Origin: Nitrososphaerales archaeon
Lineage (GTDB): Archaea > Thermoproteota > Nitrososphaeria > Nitrososphaerales > Gagatemarchaeaceae
Reading direction: 5' to 3'
Assembly (NCBI GenBank): GCA_035626075.1
Contig: DASPOK010000054.1
Span: 1 to 49,274, forward strand
Length of the DNA: 49,274 nucleotides
The notes under the pieces were generated by a model that had not been told where the DNA came from, did not search any database, and saw only the letters and a list, made by a program, of their open reading frames with translations. Positions 8,299-15,948 of the stretch are shown in pieces (positions within the stretch are counted from its first letter, which is position 1; each line of letters starts with the position of its first letter). A program made the translations under genes and the position numbers.

Positions 8299-8871
8299 AT
8301 GGAGCAGTTCACAGCCCGGCCTCGCCCTGACGGGCTTCACATGATCGACTATGGCAAGACCCTACAGCGGATCGACGTCGCGGGGAAGTTCATAGCGACC
8401 ACGGGCGCAAAGAACACGGTGGTCTACACCAGCCGGGAGCACGGGGCCATGGCCGTCGAGAAGTTCTGCGAGCTCACAGGGGCCCTGCCCAGAATCGGCA
8501 GGTTCATGCCCGGGACCTTCACTAACCCGCTCTACCCGGGTCACCTCGATGCAGAGCTGGTGGTGGTTGCCGACCCCATGTCTGACATGCAGGCGATTGT
8601 AGAGGCAGGCAAGCTTGGCGTCCCCGTGATAGCCGTATGCGACACCGACAACGTCACCGACGACATAGACCTGGTCATCCCCGGTAACAACAGGGGACGC
8701 AAGGCGATAGCCGCAATCTTCTGGCTGCTCGCCCGTTCGACACTTTCACATGCCGGCCTGCTGGCCGACGACCAGCCCATGAAGTACAGCATCGAGGACT
8801 TCGAGACGAAGATAGACGAGGAACAGAAGCCCGAGGTTTCCGACGAACGTATATCTGACAGGCGCGAATAG
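8299..8871 (+). CDS. rps2: 30S ribosomal protein S2 (uS2); the true N-terminus almost certainly lies upstream (in-frame open from 8173)
   Basis: DGLHMIDYGKT...VVVADPMSDMQAIVEAGKLGVPVIAVCDTDN. The conserved S2 N-terminal block LLATGIRIGTP is encoded in frame at 8254-8286, upstream of the first canonical start codon (ATG 8299). Confidence 0.9.
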   Translation: MEQFTARPRPDGLHMIDYGKTLQRIDVAGKFIATTGAKNTVVYTSREHGAMAVEKFCELTGALPRIGRFMPGTFTNPLYPGHLDAELVVVADPMSDMQAIVEAGKLGVPVIAVCDTDNVTDDIDLVIPGNNRGRKAIAAIFWLLARSTLSHAGLLADDQPMKYSIEDFETKIDEEQKPEVSDERISDRRE

Positions 8872-8880
8872 CGACCCGGG

Positions 8881-9723
8881 TTGCAGGTCAGAAAACCGGC
8901 GGTCGCAGGGCAGTTCTACCCCGCGGACCCAGACGAGCTGTCATCGATTATTGACGAGTGCTACCTGCACCGCCTCGGGCCAGGCAGGAAGCCGCCGGCA
9001 CCGAAGGGGAAGGCTGACATCGTGGCCGTCGTCTGCCCCCATGCAGGCTACGTCTACTCCGGGCCCGTTGCAGCCCATTCCTATCTCCATGTTTCTTCCC
9101 TTCCTGACCCTGAACTGATAGTTGTGGTCGCGCCCAACCATTACGGCATCGGCAGCGGGGTATCCACCTTCAAGGCAGGTGAGTGGGAGACTCCTATTGG
9201 CCACATGAAGGTCGATTCGGAGGCAGCGGCGAAACTCGTCGAATTGGCAGGGATCGTGGCCTTCGACCCTGATGCCCATAGGCTGGAGCACTCCCTCGAG
9301 GTGCAGCTGCCGTTCCTCCAGAAGATATACGGCGACGACGTCCCTCTTCTCCCCGTATCGCTTGTCTTCCAAGACATCGACACTTCGAGGACAATCGCCT
9401 CTGCCCTCGCCAGGGTCGTACGGGGAAAGAAGGCAGTCCTTGTCGCTTCCTCCGACCTCACCCACTACGAGCCCGCGGAAGTCGCGAAGCAGAAGGACAC
9501 CGCCCTGATTCAGCAGGTCCTCAAGATGGACGTGGAAGGGTTCTACTCGACCTTGGAGAGTCTCAATGTCACGGCCTGCGGGTTCGGGGCCATAGCGACC
9601 GTAATGGAGACTGCCGAGTCCCTGGGGCTCAAGAGGGCCGAGCTGCTGAAGTACGCGTCAAGCGGGGACACGTCAGGAGACAACGTTCAAGTCGTGGGCT
9701 ACGGTGCCCTCAGATTCGTATAG
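8881..9723 (+). CDS. MEMO1-family protein (AmmeMemoRadiSam system protein B-like)
   Basis: RKPAVAGQFYPADPDEL...CPHAGYVYSGPVAAHSY...; TTG start. Confidence 0.85.
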   Translation: MQVRKPAVAGQFYPADPDELSSIIDECYLHRLGPGRKPPAPKGKADIVAVVCPHAGYVYSGPVAAHSYLHVSSLPDPELIVVVAPNHYGIGSGVSTFKAGEWETPIGHMKVDSEAAAKLVELAGIVAFDPDAHRLEHSLEVQLPFLQKIYGDDVPLLPVSLVFQDIDTSRTIASALARVVRGKKAVLVASSDLTHYEPAEVAKQKDTALIQQVLKMDVEGFYSTLESLNVTACGFGAIATVMETAESLGLKRAELLKYASSGDTSGDNVQVVGYGALRFV

Positions 9724-9726
9724 GCG

Positions 9727-10656
9727 ATGAAGGCGATTGCCGAGGCACCCTCGAAGGCAATAATCACAGGAGAGCACTTCGTAGTCCACGGCGCCTGGGC
9801 CCTGGCAGCAGCGCTCCCTCTAAGGGTCAGGGTCGAGGTGAGCCAGGCTCCTTCCCTAGCGATAAGGTCGGACAGGTTCGAGGGCCGCGACTCCCCGGAG
9901 CTTCGCCCAGTTTCACGAGTCGTGGAAGGGATGGCGAGGCAGTTCTCGGTCACGCCTTCTGTCAGGGTGTCGATAAGCTCGGAGATACCCGAGGGAGCGG
10001 GTCTCGGCTCCTCGGCGGCCACCATGGTGGCGGTGGCCTCGGCGTTCTCGAGGCTGCACTCCCTCGGACTCAAGGTCGACGAGCTCGTCAGGTGTTCGAT
10101 GGTAGGAGAGCGATTCATCCATGGGAGGCCGTCAGGGATTGACCCGACAGTCTGTGCCTACGGAGGAGTGGTTCTCTTCAAGCGGGGTTCCAAACCCCGG
10201 AGGCTGTCCATGGACGGCACGAGGTCGCTGATAATCACCTACTCTGGAGAGAAGAGGAGCACCAAGGGACAAATTGGTAGGGTCTCCGTCATGAGAGAAA
10301 GATTCCCCGGCCTCTTCGCGATGCTCGCGGGCGCTGTCAGCGAGCTCGGCTTCACAGCTGCTGAAAAGCTCAGGCAGGGAGATATGGAGGGTCTCGGGAG
10401 AGTCCTCGCCATCAATCAGGCCGCCCTGGAGACCATAGGCGTCTCGAACGAGGCAATCAACGGCATCGTCGACCTTCTCGGTTCCCTCGGGTGCTACGGC
10501 GCGAAGCTTACAGGTGCCGGCGGGGGCGGGAGCGTGGTCGCAGTGGCGCCCAAGGCAAAGGAAAAAAGCATTGTATCGGGGTTGTCGGCGCGAGGGTTTG
10601 AGACGTTCAAGGTAAAGGTCCCGACCGAGGGAGTGAGAAGCTGGTTAGAACGGTAG
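9727..10656 (+). CDS. mvk: mevalonate kinase
   Basis: GHMP kinase motifs: KAIITGEHFVVHG, PEGAGLGSSAA, KLTGAGGGGS. Confidence 0.92.
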   Translation: MKAIAEAPSKAIITGEHFVVHGAWALAAALPLRVRVEVSQAPSLAIRSDRFEGRDSPELRPVSRVVEGMARQFSVTPSVRVSISSEIPEGAGLGSSAATMVAVASAFSRLHSLGLKVDELVRCSMVGERFIHGRPSGIDPTVCAYGGVVLFKRGSKPRRLSMDGTRSLIITYSGEKRSTKGQIGRVSVMRERFPGLFAMLAGAVSELGFTAAEKLRQGDMEGLGRVLAINQAALETIGVSNEAINGIVDLLGSLGCYGAKLTGAGGGGSVVAVAPKAKEKSIVSGLSARGFETFKVKVPTEGVRSWLER

Positions 10657-10676
10657 TTGCCAAGCTCGGCGGGTCG

Positions 10677-11387
10677 GTGATAACCGACAAGTCGAAACCC
10701 TTCTCGTATCGTCCCGACGTCGTCTCCGCCCTCTCTGAAGAGATCGCTTCTTCAGACCAGAAGGTCGTCGTGGTCCACGGAGGAGGGTCCTACGGTCATG
10801 TGGTGGCAAAGCAGCACGGCATCACCACGGAAGCTGCAGAGGCCCCCGCCGTCGGGGTTGCCCAGACCCGGGGAGCGATGTACGAGCTAGACAGATTGGT
10901 CTGCAGGACGATGGCCGAATTCAAGCTGAATCCGTATCCATTTTCCCCTTTCGACGCGGTGAGCCGGGCAGGGAAGGCACCTGTGGCTGCGTGGCTCAGA
11001 GCCCTTCTGAAGGAGGGGCTCACCCCGGTGACATTCGGGGACGTTGGGCTGACCGGTGCGGGCTTCAGAGTGGTTTCTGGCGACCTAATCATGCAGGAGC
11101 TTGCCAAGATCCTTGCGCCTGAGAGGTGTGTCTTCGCCCTGGACGTCGACGGCGTCTATGAGCATAACACCAGGGTGATAATCCCCGAGCTCACACCGTC
11201 GAAAATAAGGAGGATGAACATCTCGGAGGGGCAGGATGTCACCGGAGGGATGAAGTCGAAGCTCGACGCGGCCGCCAAGATTGCGGCAGGGGGGACAAGA
11301 GTTTGCTTCGTCTCTGGCTACAGGAGAAACGAGTTCTCGAAAGCGCTAAGGGGCCTCGACTTCTACGGGACGGTGGTAAGGTCCTAA
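10677..11387 (+). CDS. isopentenyl phosphate kinase (amino-acid-kinase fold); the true start is upstream of the listed GTG
   Basis: ...SVITDKSKPF...VVVVHGGGSYGHVVA... The family's KLGGS N-terminal loop is encoded in frame at 10662-10676, before the first canonical start codon. Confidence 0.85.
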   Translation: MITDKSKPFSYRPDVVSALSEEIASSDQKVVVVHGGGSYGHVVAKQHGITTEAAEAPAVGVAQTRGAMYELDRLVCRTMAEFKLNPYPFSPFDAVSRAGKAPVAAWLRALLKEGLTPVTFGDVGLTGAGFRVVSGDLIMQELAKILAPERCVFALDVDGVYEHNTRVIIPELTPSKIRRMNISEGQDVTGGMKSKLDAAAKIAAGGTRVCFVSGYRRNEFSKALRGLDFYGTVVRS

Positions 11388-11413
11388 ACACGGGAGGAGC
11401 GGCTGGCCAAGGC

Positions 11414-12445
11414 ATGCACGACCTCCAGGAGGAGATGAAAAGGGTCAAGTCAAGAGTCGACGACGTCATACTCTCCCAGTTGCTGCCTGAGTCCAGCGAG
11501 GTGAGGGAGGTGGAGGTGCTTTACGCCATGATGCGCGACTATCCGTCAAGGCCAGCCAAGGGGATGAGGCCCTTCCTCTGCGTGACCGCCTGCCGGGCGG
11601 CGGGCGGGGTGGAAGATGACGCCATTCTCACGGCAGCCTGCATCGAGCTATTTCAGAACTGGATACTCATCCACGACGACATCGAAGACGGCTCTGAGTT
11701 GAGGCGGGGCGCGCCCGTCCTCCACAAGAAGTACTCAGAGGCGTTGGCTCTGAACGCGGGGGACGCCCTCCACGCCAGAACCTGGGAGGCGCTGCTCCGG
11801 AATAGGCAAAGGCTCGGCTTGGAAAGGACGTTCGCCGTGATGCAGGAGTTCTCGAAGATGGTCAACGAAACTACCGAGGGACAGCACATGGAACTGGGAT
11901 GGGTCGCAGCCAAGCGGTGGGATTTGGGGGTCAAGGACTACTATGAAATGTGCACCAAGAAGACCTCATGGTACACCGTGACAAGTCCCTGCCGCCTGGG
12001 CGCCATAGTCGCAGGGGCGGGTGCAGGCACGCTCGAAGAGCTAAGAGAATTCGGGACGCGGCTGGGGATCGCCTTCCAAATTCAGGACGACACCCTGAAC
12101 TTGGTGGGGGATCAGACGAAATACGGCAAGGCCAAGTCCGACGACATCCTCGAAGGCAAGAGGACCCTGATTCTCTTGCATCTTCTGGAGAGCGCGGCTC
12201 AGAGCGAGCGAGACAGGGTCACCGCCATAATGAACAAGAGTCGGGAGACGAAGTCCAGGGCCGACGTCGATTATGTACTGTCGATGATTGACAAATATGA
12301 CGCCGTCGGGTTCGCCAGAAAGAGGGCGACCGAGCTCATGAAGGAGGCGCTCGGTACGCTGAAAGGGATACGGTGGAACGGGGACAGAGAAGCGGCGGAC
12401 CTGCTGGCTTCGTTCGCGAGATTTGCAGTAGAGAGAGAATGGTAG
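11414..12445 (+). CDS. idsA: polyprenyl (geranylgeranyl) diphosphate synthase
   Basis: Asp-rich motifs LIHDDIEDGSELRRG and FQIQDDTLN. Start moved to ATG 11414 (MHDLQEEM...), just after the IPK stop. Confidence 0.85.
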   Translation: MHDLQEEMKRVKSRVDDVILSQLLPESSEVREVEVLYAMMRDYPSRPAKGMRPFLCVTACRAAGGVEDDAILTAACIELFQNWILIHDDIEDGSELRRGAPVLHKKYSEALALNAGDALHARTWEALLRNRQRLGLERTFAVMQEFSKMVNETTEGQHMELGWVAAKRWDLGVKDYYEMCTKKTSWYTVTSPCRLGAIVAGAGAGTLEELREFGTRLGIAFQIQDDTLNLVGDQTKYGKAKSDDILEGKRTLILLHLLESAAQSERDRVTAIMNKSRETKSRADVDYVLSMIDKYDAVGFARKRATELMKEALGTLKGIRWNGDREAADLLASFARFAVEREW

Positions 12446-14154
12446 ACGATTCGCTAGGGGAAGATGTCCTGGCGGTTATTGAAAGGGCCGCCCTCGTTAA
12501 CGCCATCAAGCACGGCGGGAAAGCGGATGTCGGCGCCGTGATGGGACGAGTCCTAGCTGAACTCCCGGACCTCAGGACCAGCCCAGGGAGCGCCTCCAAG
12601 GAAGCCGGGACCGTCGTGAAGCGAGTGAACTCCCTCTCTCTCCAGGAGCAGCAGCGACTTCTAGAGGAGAAATATCCGGGGACTGAACCGCCCGCCGAGA
12701 AGGAAGGAAGGGTCGGCCTTCCGCCCCTTCCGAACGCCGTGAAGGGGAGAACGGCCTTTCGGCTCCCACCTGAACCTTCGGGCTACATGACAGTGGGACA
12801 TGCCATGGCGTTCACAATCAACTTCCTGTATAAGGAGCAGTACGACGGCTCGCTTTGGCTTCGGTTCGAGGACACCAACCCGAGGAAGGTACTCCCCCGT
12901 TATTACGAGAGCTTCAGGCGCGGGATCGAGTGGCTCTCGATAGTGTGCGACCACGAGAAGAACGTCTCCGATGACATGGACCTGATTTACGAGAGCGGGA
13001 GGAAGCTCCTGGAACAGGGGGATGCCTATGCCTGTTCGTGCGACGAGGCGAAAGTGAAGCGCCTGAGGTTCGAAGGGACTCCCTGCGAGCACAGAGCGAA
13101 CCCCGTCGAAGTCAACCTCCGGGTCTGGGAACAGCTGCTCGCCAAGAAGCACGGGGAAGGGGCGTATGTCGTTCGGTTCAAGGGGGACATGAAGAGCCCC
13201 AACTACTCGCTTCGGGACACCAACCTCTTCAGGACAATCAACTACCCTCACCCGCTGACGGGGACGAAATACTCACTCTGGCCGACTTACGACCTGGCTA
13301 ATGCGGTCGAAGACGAAGAGTGCGGGATAACCCACGTACTCAGGAGCTCCGAATTCAGGAACGAGCTGCAGCAGCTCATCAGGGAGGCTCTGAAGTTCAG
13401 GCCCCTCGAGGTCATCCAGTTCTCCAGGTTTAACTTCAAGGGCACACCTGTAGCCAAGAGGCTTCTCAGGCCTCTCGTCGAGAAGAACCTTGTCGCCGGC
13501 TGGGACGACCCGCGGATGCCCACTGTTGAGGGGCTCAGACGGAGGGGTATCCTCCCGGAGGCGATCCGAGACTTCACCGTTCAAGTGGGCTACACCAAGA
13601 CTGAGCACGAATACGACTGGAGTATACTGCTCTCGATCAACAGGAAGCTCCTCGACCCAAACTCGAGGCGCATTTTCTTCGTTCCTGACCCCGTGTCGCT
13701 GAAGGTCGAAGGAGCGCCCAGGAGGAAGGTGAAGATACCTTTCCACCCCCAAAGAGACCTCGGGGGTCGCACAATAGATACTTCAGGGCAGTTCTATGTT
13801 TCCCGCGTAGACATCAAGGGCATGAAGAGAGGGACCTCTTTCCGCCTCATGGACCTTTACAACGTCGAACTCTCCTCCGCGGGGGAAAGCCCTTCCGCCA
13901 AGTACACGGGCGACGAGCTCATCCCCGCCTCCAGGAAGGTCCAGTGGGTGACGCCGTCCCACCAAGCCGTGACGGTGGTCGTGCCGGGGGAGCTCTTCCT
14001 TGAGGAAGGGGTCTTCAACAGAAAGAGCTTGACGGAAGTGAAAGGGTTCGCGGAGGACTCGGTGTCATCTCTGAAGGTAGGTGACATCATCCAGTTCCCT
14101 CGGTTTGGCTTCTGCCGGCTCGACGCCCCGGACAGGTTCATTCTAAGCGGCTAG
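12439..14154 (+). CDS. gltX: glutamyl-tRNA synthetase (archaeal type)
   Basis: N-terminal ALVNAIKHGGKADVGAVMGRVLAE... followed by a class I catalytic core (PEPSGYMTVGHAMA...). ATG 12439 overlaps the idsA stop (ATGGTAG). Confidence 0.88.
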   Translation: MVDDSLGEDVLAVIERAALVNAIKHGGKADVGAVMGRVLAELPDLRTSPGSASKEAGTVVKRVNSLSLQEQQRLLEEKYPGTEPPAEKEGRVGLPPLPNAVKGRTAFRLPPEPSGYMTVGHAMAFTINFLYKEQYDGSLWLRFEDTNPRKVLPRYYESFRRGIEWLSIVCDHEKNVSDDMDLIYESGRKLLEQGDAYACSCDEAKVKRLRFEGTPCEHRANPVEVNLRVWEQLLAKKHGEGAYVVRFKGDMKSPNYSLRDTNLFRTINYPHPLTGTKYSLWPTYDLANAVEDEECGITHVLRSSEFRNELQQLIREALKFRPLEVIQFSRFNFKGTPVAKRLLRPLVEKNLVAGWDDPRMPTVEGLRRRGILPEAIRDFTVQVGYTKTEHEYDWSILLSINRKLLDPNSRRIFFVPDPVSLKVEGAPRRKVKIPFHPQRDLGGRTIDTSGQFYVSRVDIKGMKRGTSFRLMDLYNVELSSAGESPSAKYTGDELIPASRKVQWVTPSHQAVTVVVPGELFLEEGVFNRKSLTEVKGFAEDSVSSLKVGDIIQFPRFGFCRLDAPDRFILSG

Positions 14155-14183
14155 CCACGATTTTCCCACTCGATTCCCTAACC

Positions 14184-14192
14184 GTTTATATG
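14184..14192 (+). promoter_or_regulatory. TATA-like box (gtttatatg) upstream of rpl7ae
   Basis: 36-44 nt upstream of ATG 14228, implying a short 5' UTR. Confidence 0.45.
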
Positions 14193-14227
14193 CCTGCCCA
14201 AACGGGCTGGCTTGGGAGATTTACAGG

Positions 14228-14614
14228 ATGACCCCAGGCCAGAAACCGTACTACATCAAATTCGAAACGCCGAAGGAAGTTTCTGAGGCAGCCTATGAAG
14301 TGTTGAGGCAGGCGTCCCGCACCGGAAAAGTGCGTAAGGGGACGAACGAATCGACGAAGGCCATCGAGCGCGGCATGGCCAAGCTCGTAGTCATCGCTGA
14401 AGACGTGACACCGCCCGAGGTTGTCGCCCATCTGCCAATCCTCTGCGAGGAAAGGAAAATTCCTTACGTCTTCGTTCCTTCGAAAGACCAGATCGGTCCT
14501 GCCATAGGCATCGACGTCTCCACCGCCTCTGCCGCAGTGCTTGACGCGGGCGAAGGCTCCCAGATTCTGGAGCAGGTCACCCAAGAGCTGGCGAGGCTGA
14601 AGAAGACCGCATGA
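14228..14614 (+). CDS. rpl7ae: 50S ribosomal protein L7Ae (K-turn binding)
   Basis: [57 protein letters not shown]. Confidence 0.95.
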   Translation: MTPGQKPYYIKFETPKEVSEAAYEVLRQASRTGKVRKGTNESTKAIERGMAKLVVIAEDVTPPEVVAHLPILCEERKIPYVFVPSKDQIGPAIGIDVSTASAAVLDAGEGSQILEQVTQELARLKKTA

Positions 14615-14895
14615 GCAGCAAGAGAGAAGCGGAGACCCTAACGCCGGCAGAAGTAGTTCAGATTGTGGGAAGGACGGGGGTCGCCGGTGAGATAACTCAG
14701 GTTCGCGTGAAGATACTCGAAGGAAAGGAGAAGGGGAGGATTCTGACGAGAAACGTCAAGGGCCCAATCAGACTTGCGGACGTGCTGGTCCTTCGGGAGA
14801 CAGAGCGCGAGGCTCGGAAGTTAAAGGCAATTTGGTTGATTGCGCTTAGCCTCGGACTTGCGCTGGCAGTCCAGTCGGCATTCGGTCTTTTGTAG
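14611..14895 (+). CDS. rps28e: 30S ribosomal protein S28e with an atypical 22-aa hydrophobic C-terminal extension
   Basis: [61 protein letters not shown] is a full S28e. The ORF then continues as [22 protein letters not shown] to TAG 14893-14895. Confidence 0.85.
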   Translation: MSSKREAETLTPAEVVQIVGRTGVAGEITQVRVKILEGKEKGRILTRNVKGPIRLADVLVLRETEREARKLKAIWLIALSLGLALAVQSAFGLL

Positions 14896-15265
14896 GCTGA
14901 AAAGCCTCAATCCGGGCTTTTTCGAGCCCACCGGTGAACTGCTTCGTAGACTAGGATCAGGCCGAACCTTCCGAGGACTAGCTCAGACAGCTCTAGAGCC
15001 GAGGCCCCTAAGGAATCCTGCAAGACTGGATTTCTGATGTCACTTTTGCTGATGTGTTAGGCACTGCCAAGCTTGTCGAAGGGCGAGTGGCTGGTCAGCG
15101 CTGCCAGCTGTATTATCACGACAGCATTCGCAACGAAGAGCAGGCGTTCCACAGCTTCACTCGTGAATTGGGGGCGAACTGACTTGACGGGGAAGGCCCT
15201 CGTAAGAGGCCCCCCTGGCCTAGTTTACATCGGTTTGAAAAATCCAGAAAGTCAAATCCGGCGCC
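14896..15265. ncRNA. candidate structured non-coding RNA of unknown class (strand unresolved)
   Basis: ORF-poor spacer between rps28e and rpl24e. It carries GNRA-capped hairpins (14894-14907 GAAA; 15188-15217 GUAA), further helices at 15088-15110 and 15117-15165, and an 8-bp long-range pairing between 15026-15033 and 15240-15247. Confidence 0.4.
14914..14929 (+). terminator. hairpin with a T5 run, candidate terminator of the rpl7ae-rps28e transcript
   Basis: GGGCU-UUUUCG-AGCCC; the oligo-T tract lies at 14918-14922, 20 nt after the rps28e stop. Confidence 0.35.
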
Positions 15266-15267
15266 GT

Positions 15268-15277
15268 GTTTATATTC
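15268..15277. promoter_or_regulatory. strong TATA-like box (gtttatattc)
   Basis: Lies 44-53 nt upstream of the rpl24e ATG, with aaggggtg at 15301-15308 as a possible SD. Read on the other strand it would point into the 14896-15265 spacer. Confidence 0.45.
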
Positions 15278-15320
15278 CGAGTTCCAATGGCCAAGAAAGA
15301 AAGGGGTGCGGTAGTCTGAG

Positions 15321-15503
15321 ATGTACGTTCCAAAGAAATGCGCTTTCTGTGGCAGAGAAGTCAGACTCGGGTCAGGCATCCTGTTCGTAAGAAACGATGG
15401 CTCGACCCGCTCCTATTGCTCTTCAAAATGCAAGACCAACGAGCTGAAGCTCGGCCGCGACCCGCGCAAGTTGAAATGGGCACGGAGGGCCAAGCGGCAA
15501 TGA
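15321..15503 (+). CDS. rpl24e: 50S ribosomal protein L24e
   Basis: KKCAFCGREVRLGSGILFVRNDGSTRSYCSSKCKTN. Confidence 0.93.
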   Translation: MYVPKKCAFCGREVRLGSGILFVRNDGSTRSYCSSKCKTNELKLGRDPRKLKWARRAKRQ

Positions 15504-15922
15504 GCCTCCCCTCAGAGGAGACGCTGATCGTCGTGAAGCCTGACGCTGTCCGCAGGGGGCTAGTGGGGGAGATTCTCGGGAGGTTCGAAAGGAAAGGTCT
15601 CGTGGTCAAGAGACTCCAGATGCTTACCATGTCGAGACCTCAAGCCGAGGAGTTCTACAGCGTGCACAAGGACAAACCATTCTTCGGGGAGCTAGTCAAT
15701 TTCATAACGTCGGGACCCGTGGTCGGGGTGGTCCTTTCTGGGAGGGACGCCGTGGCTACCGTCAGGCGGATGGTCGGATCGACCAAGAGCTGGGAGGCGG
15801 CCTCGGGGACCATCAGGGGAGACTTCGGCCTTGGGCTGACCGACAATACCATACATGCATCAGACTCGCTCGAGAGCTTTGCAAAGGAGCAGGCCGCGTT
15901 CTTCGGAAAGCCGAGAGGGTGA
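15500..15922 (+). CDS. ndk: nucleoside diphosphate kinase
   Basis: ETLIVVKPDAVRRGLVGEILGRFERKGL...TIRGDFG...NTIHASDS. ATG 15500 overlaps the rpl24e stop (ATGA). Confidence 0.93.
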   Translation: MSLPSEETLIVVKPDAVRRGLVGEILGRFERKGLVVKRLQMLTMSRPQAEEFYSVHKDKPFFGELVNFITSGPVVGVVLSGRDAVATVRRMVGSTKSWEAASGTIRGDFGLGLTDNTIHASDSLESFAKEQAAFFGKPRG

Positions 15923-15948
15923 AGGCACCATAAGGGGCTGCATGGAGA

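Noticed and set aside
15034-15058. Two CUGAUGU repeats 14 nt apart that look like C/D-box sRNA elements, near the L7Ae gene
   Set aside because: Neither is a canonical C box (RUGAUGA), and the C/D'/C'/D order and spacing of archaeal box C/D sRNAs are not met. The UGAUGA at 8190-8195 upstream of rps2 likewise lacks D boxes.
15246-15261. AGAAAGUCAAAUCCGG resembles the RNase P CR-I motif GAGGAAAGUCCGG, raising the idea that the spacer is RNase P RNA. I also considered SRP RNA because of a CGGAAGG stretch on the minus strand near 14968-14976.
   Set aside because: The match is imperfect and sits at the wrong end for a plus-strand RNase P RNA. I found no ACAGAA-type CR-V partner and no SRP helix-8 motif (GGAA tetraloop followed by the AGCA/GGCA loops). 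I therefore cannot assert either class; covariance-model searches are needed.
14840-15390. ORFs 14840..15037 (+), 15073..15390 (+) and 15116..15379 (-) in the rps28e-rpl24e spacer
   Set aside because: No recognisable domains and Arg/Ser/Cys-rich composition. One runs into rpl24e out of frame. The region is better explained by RNA structure.
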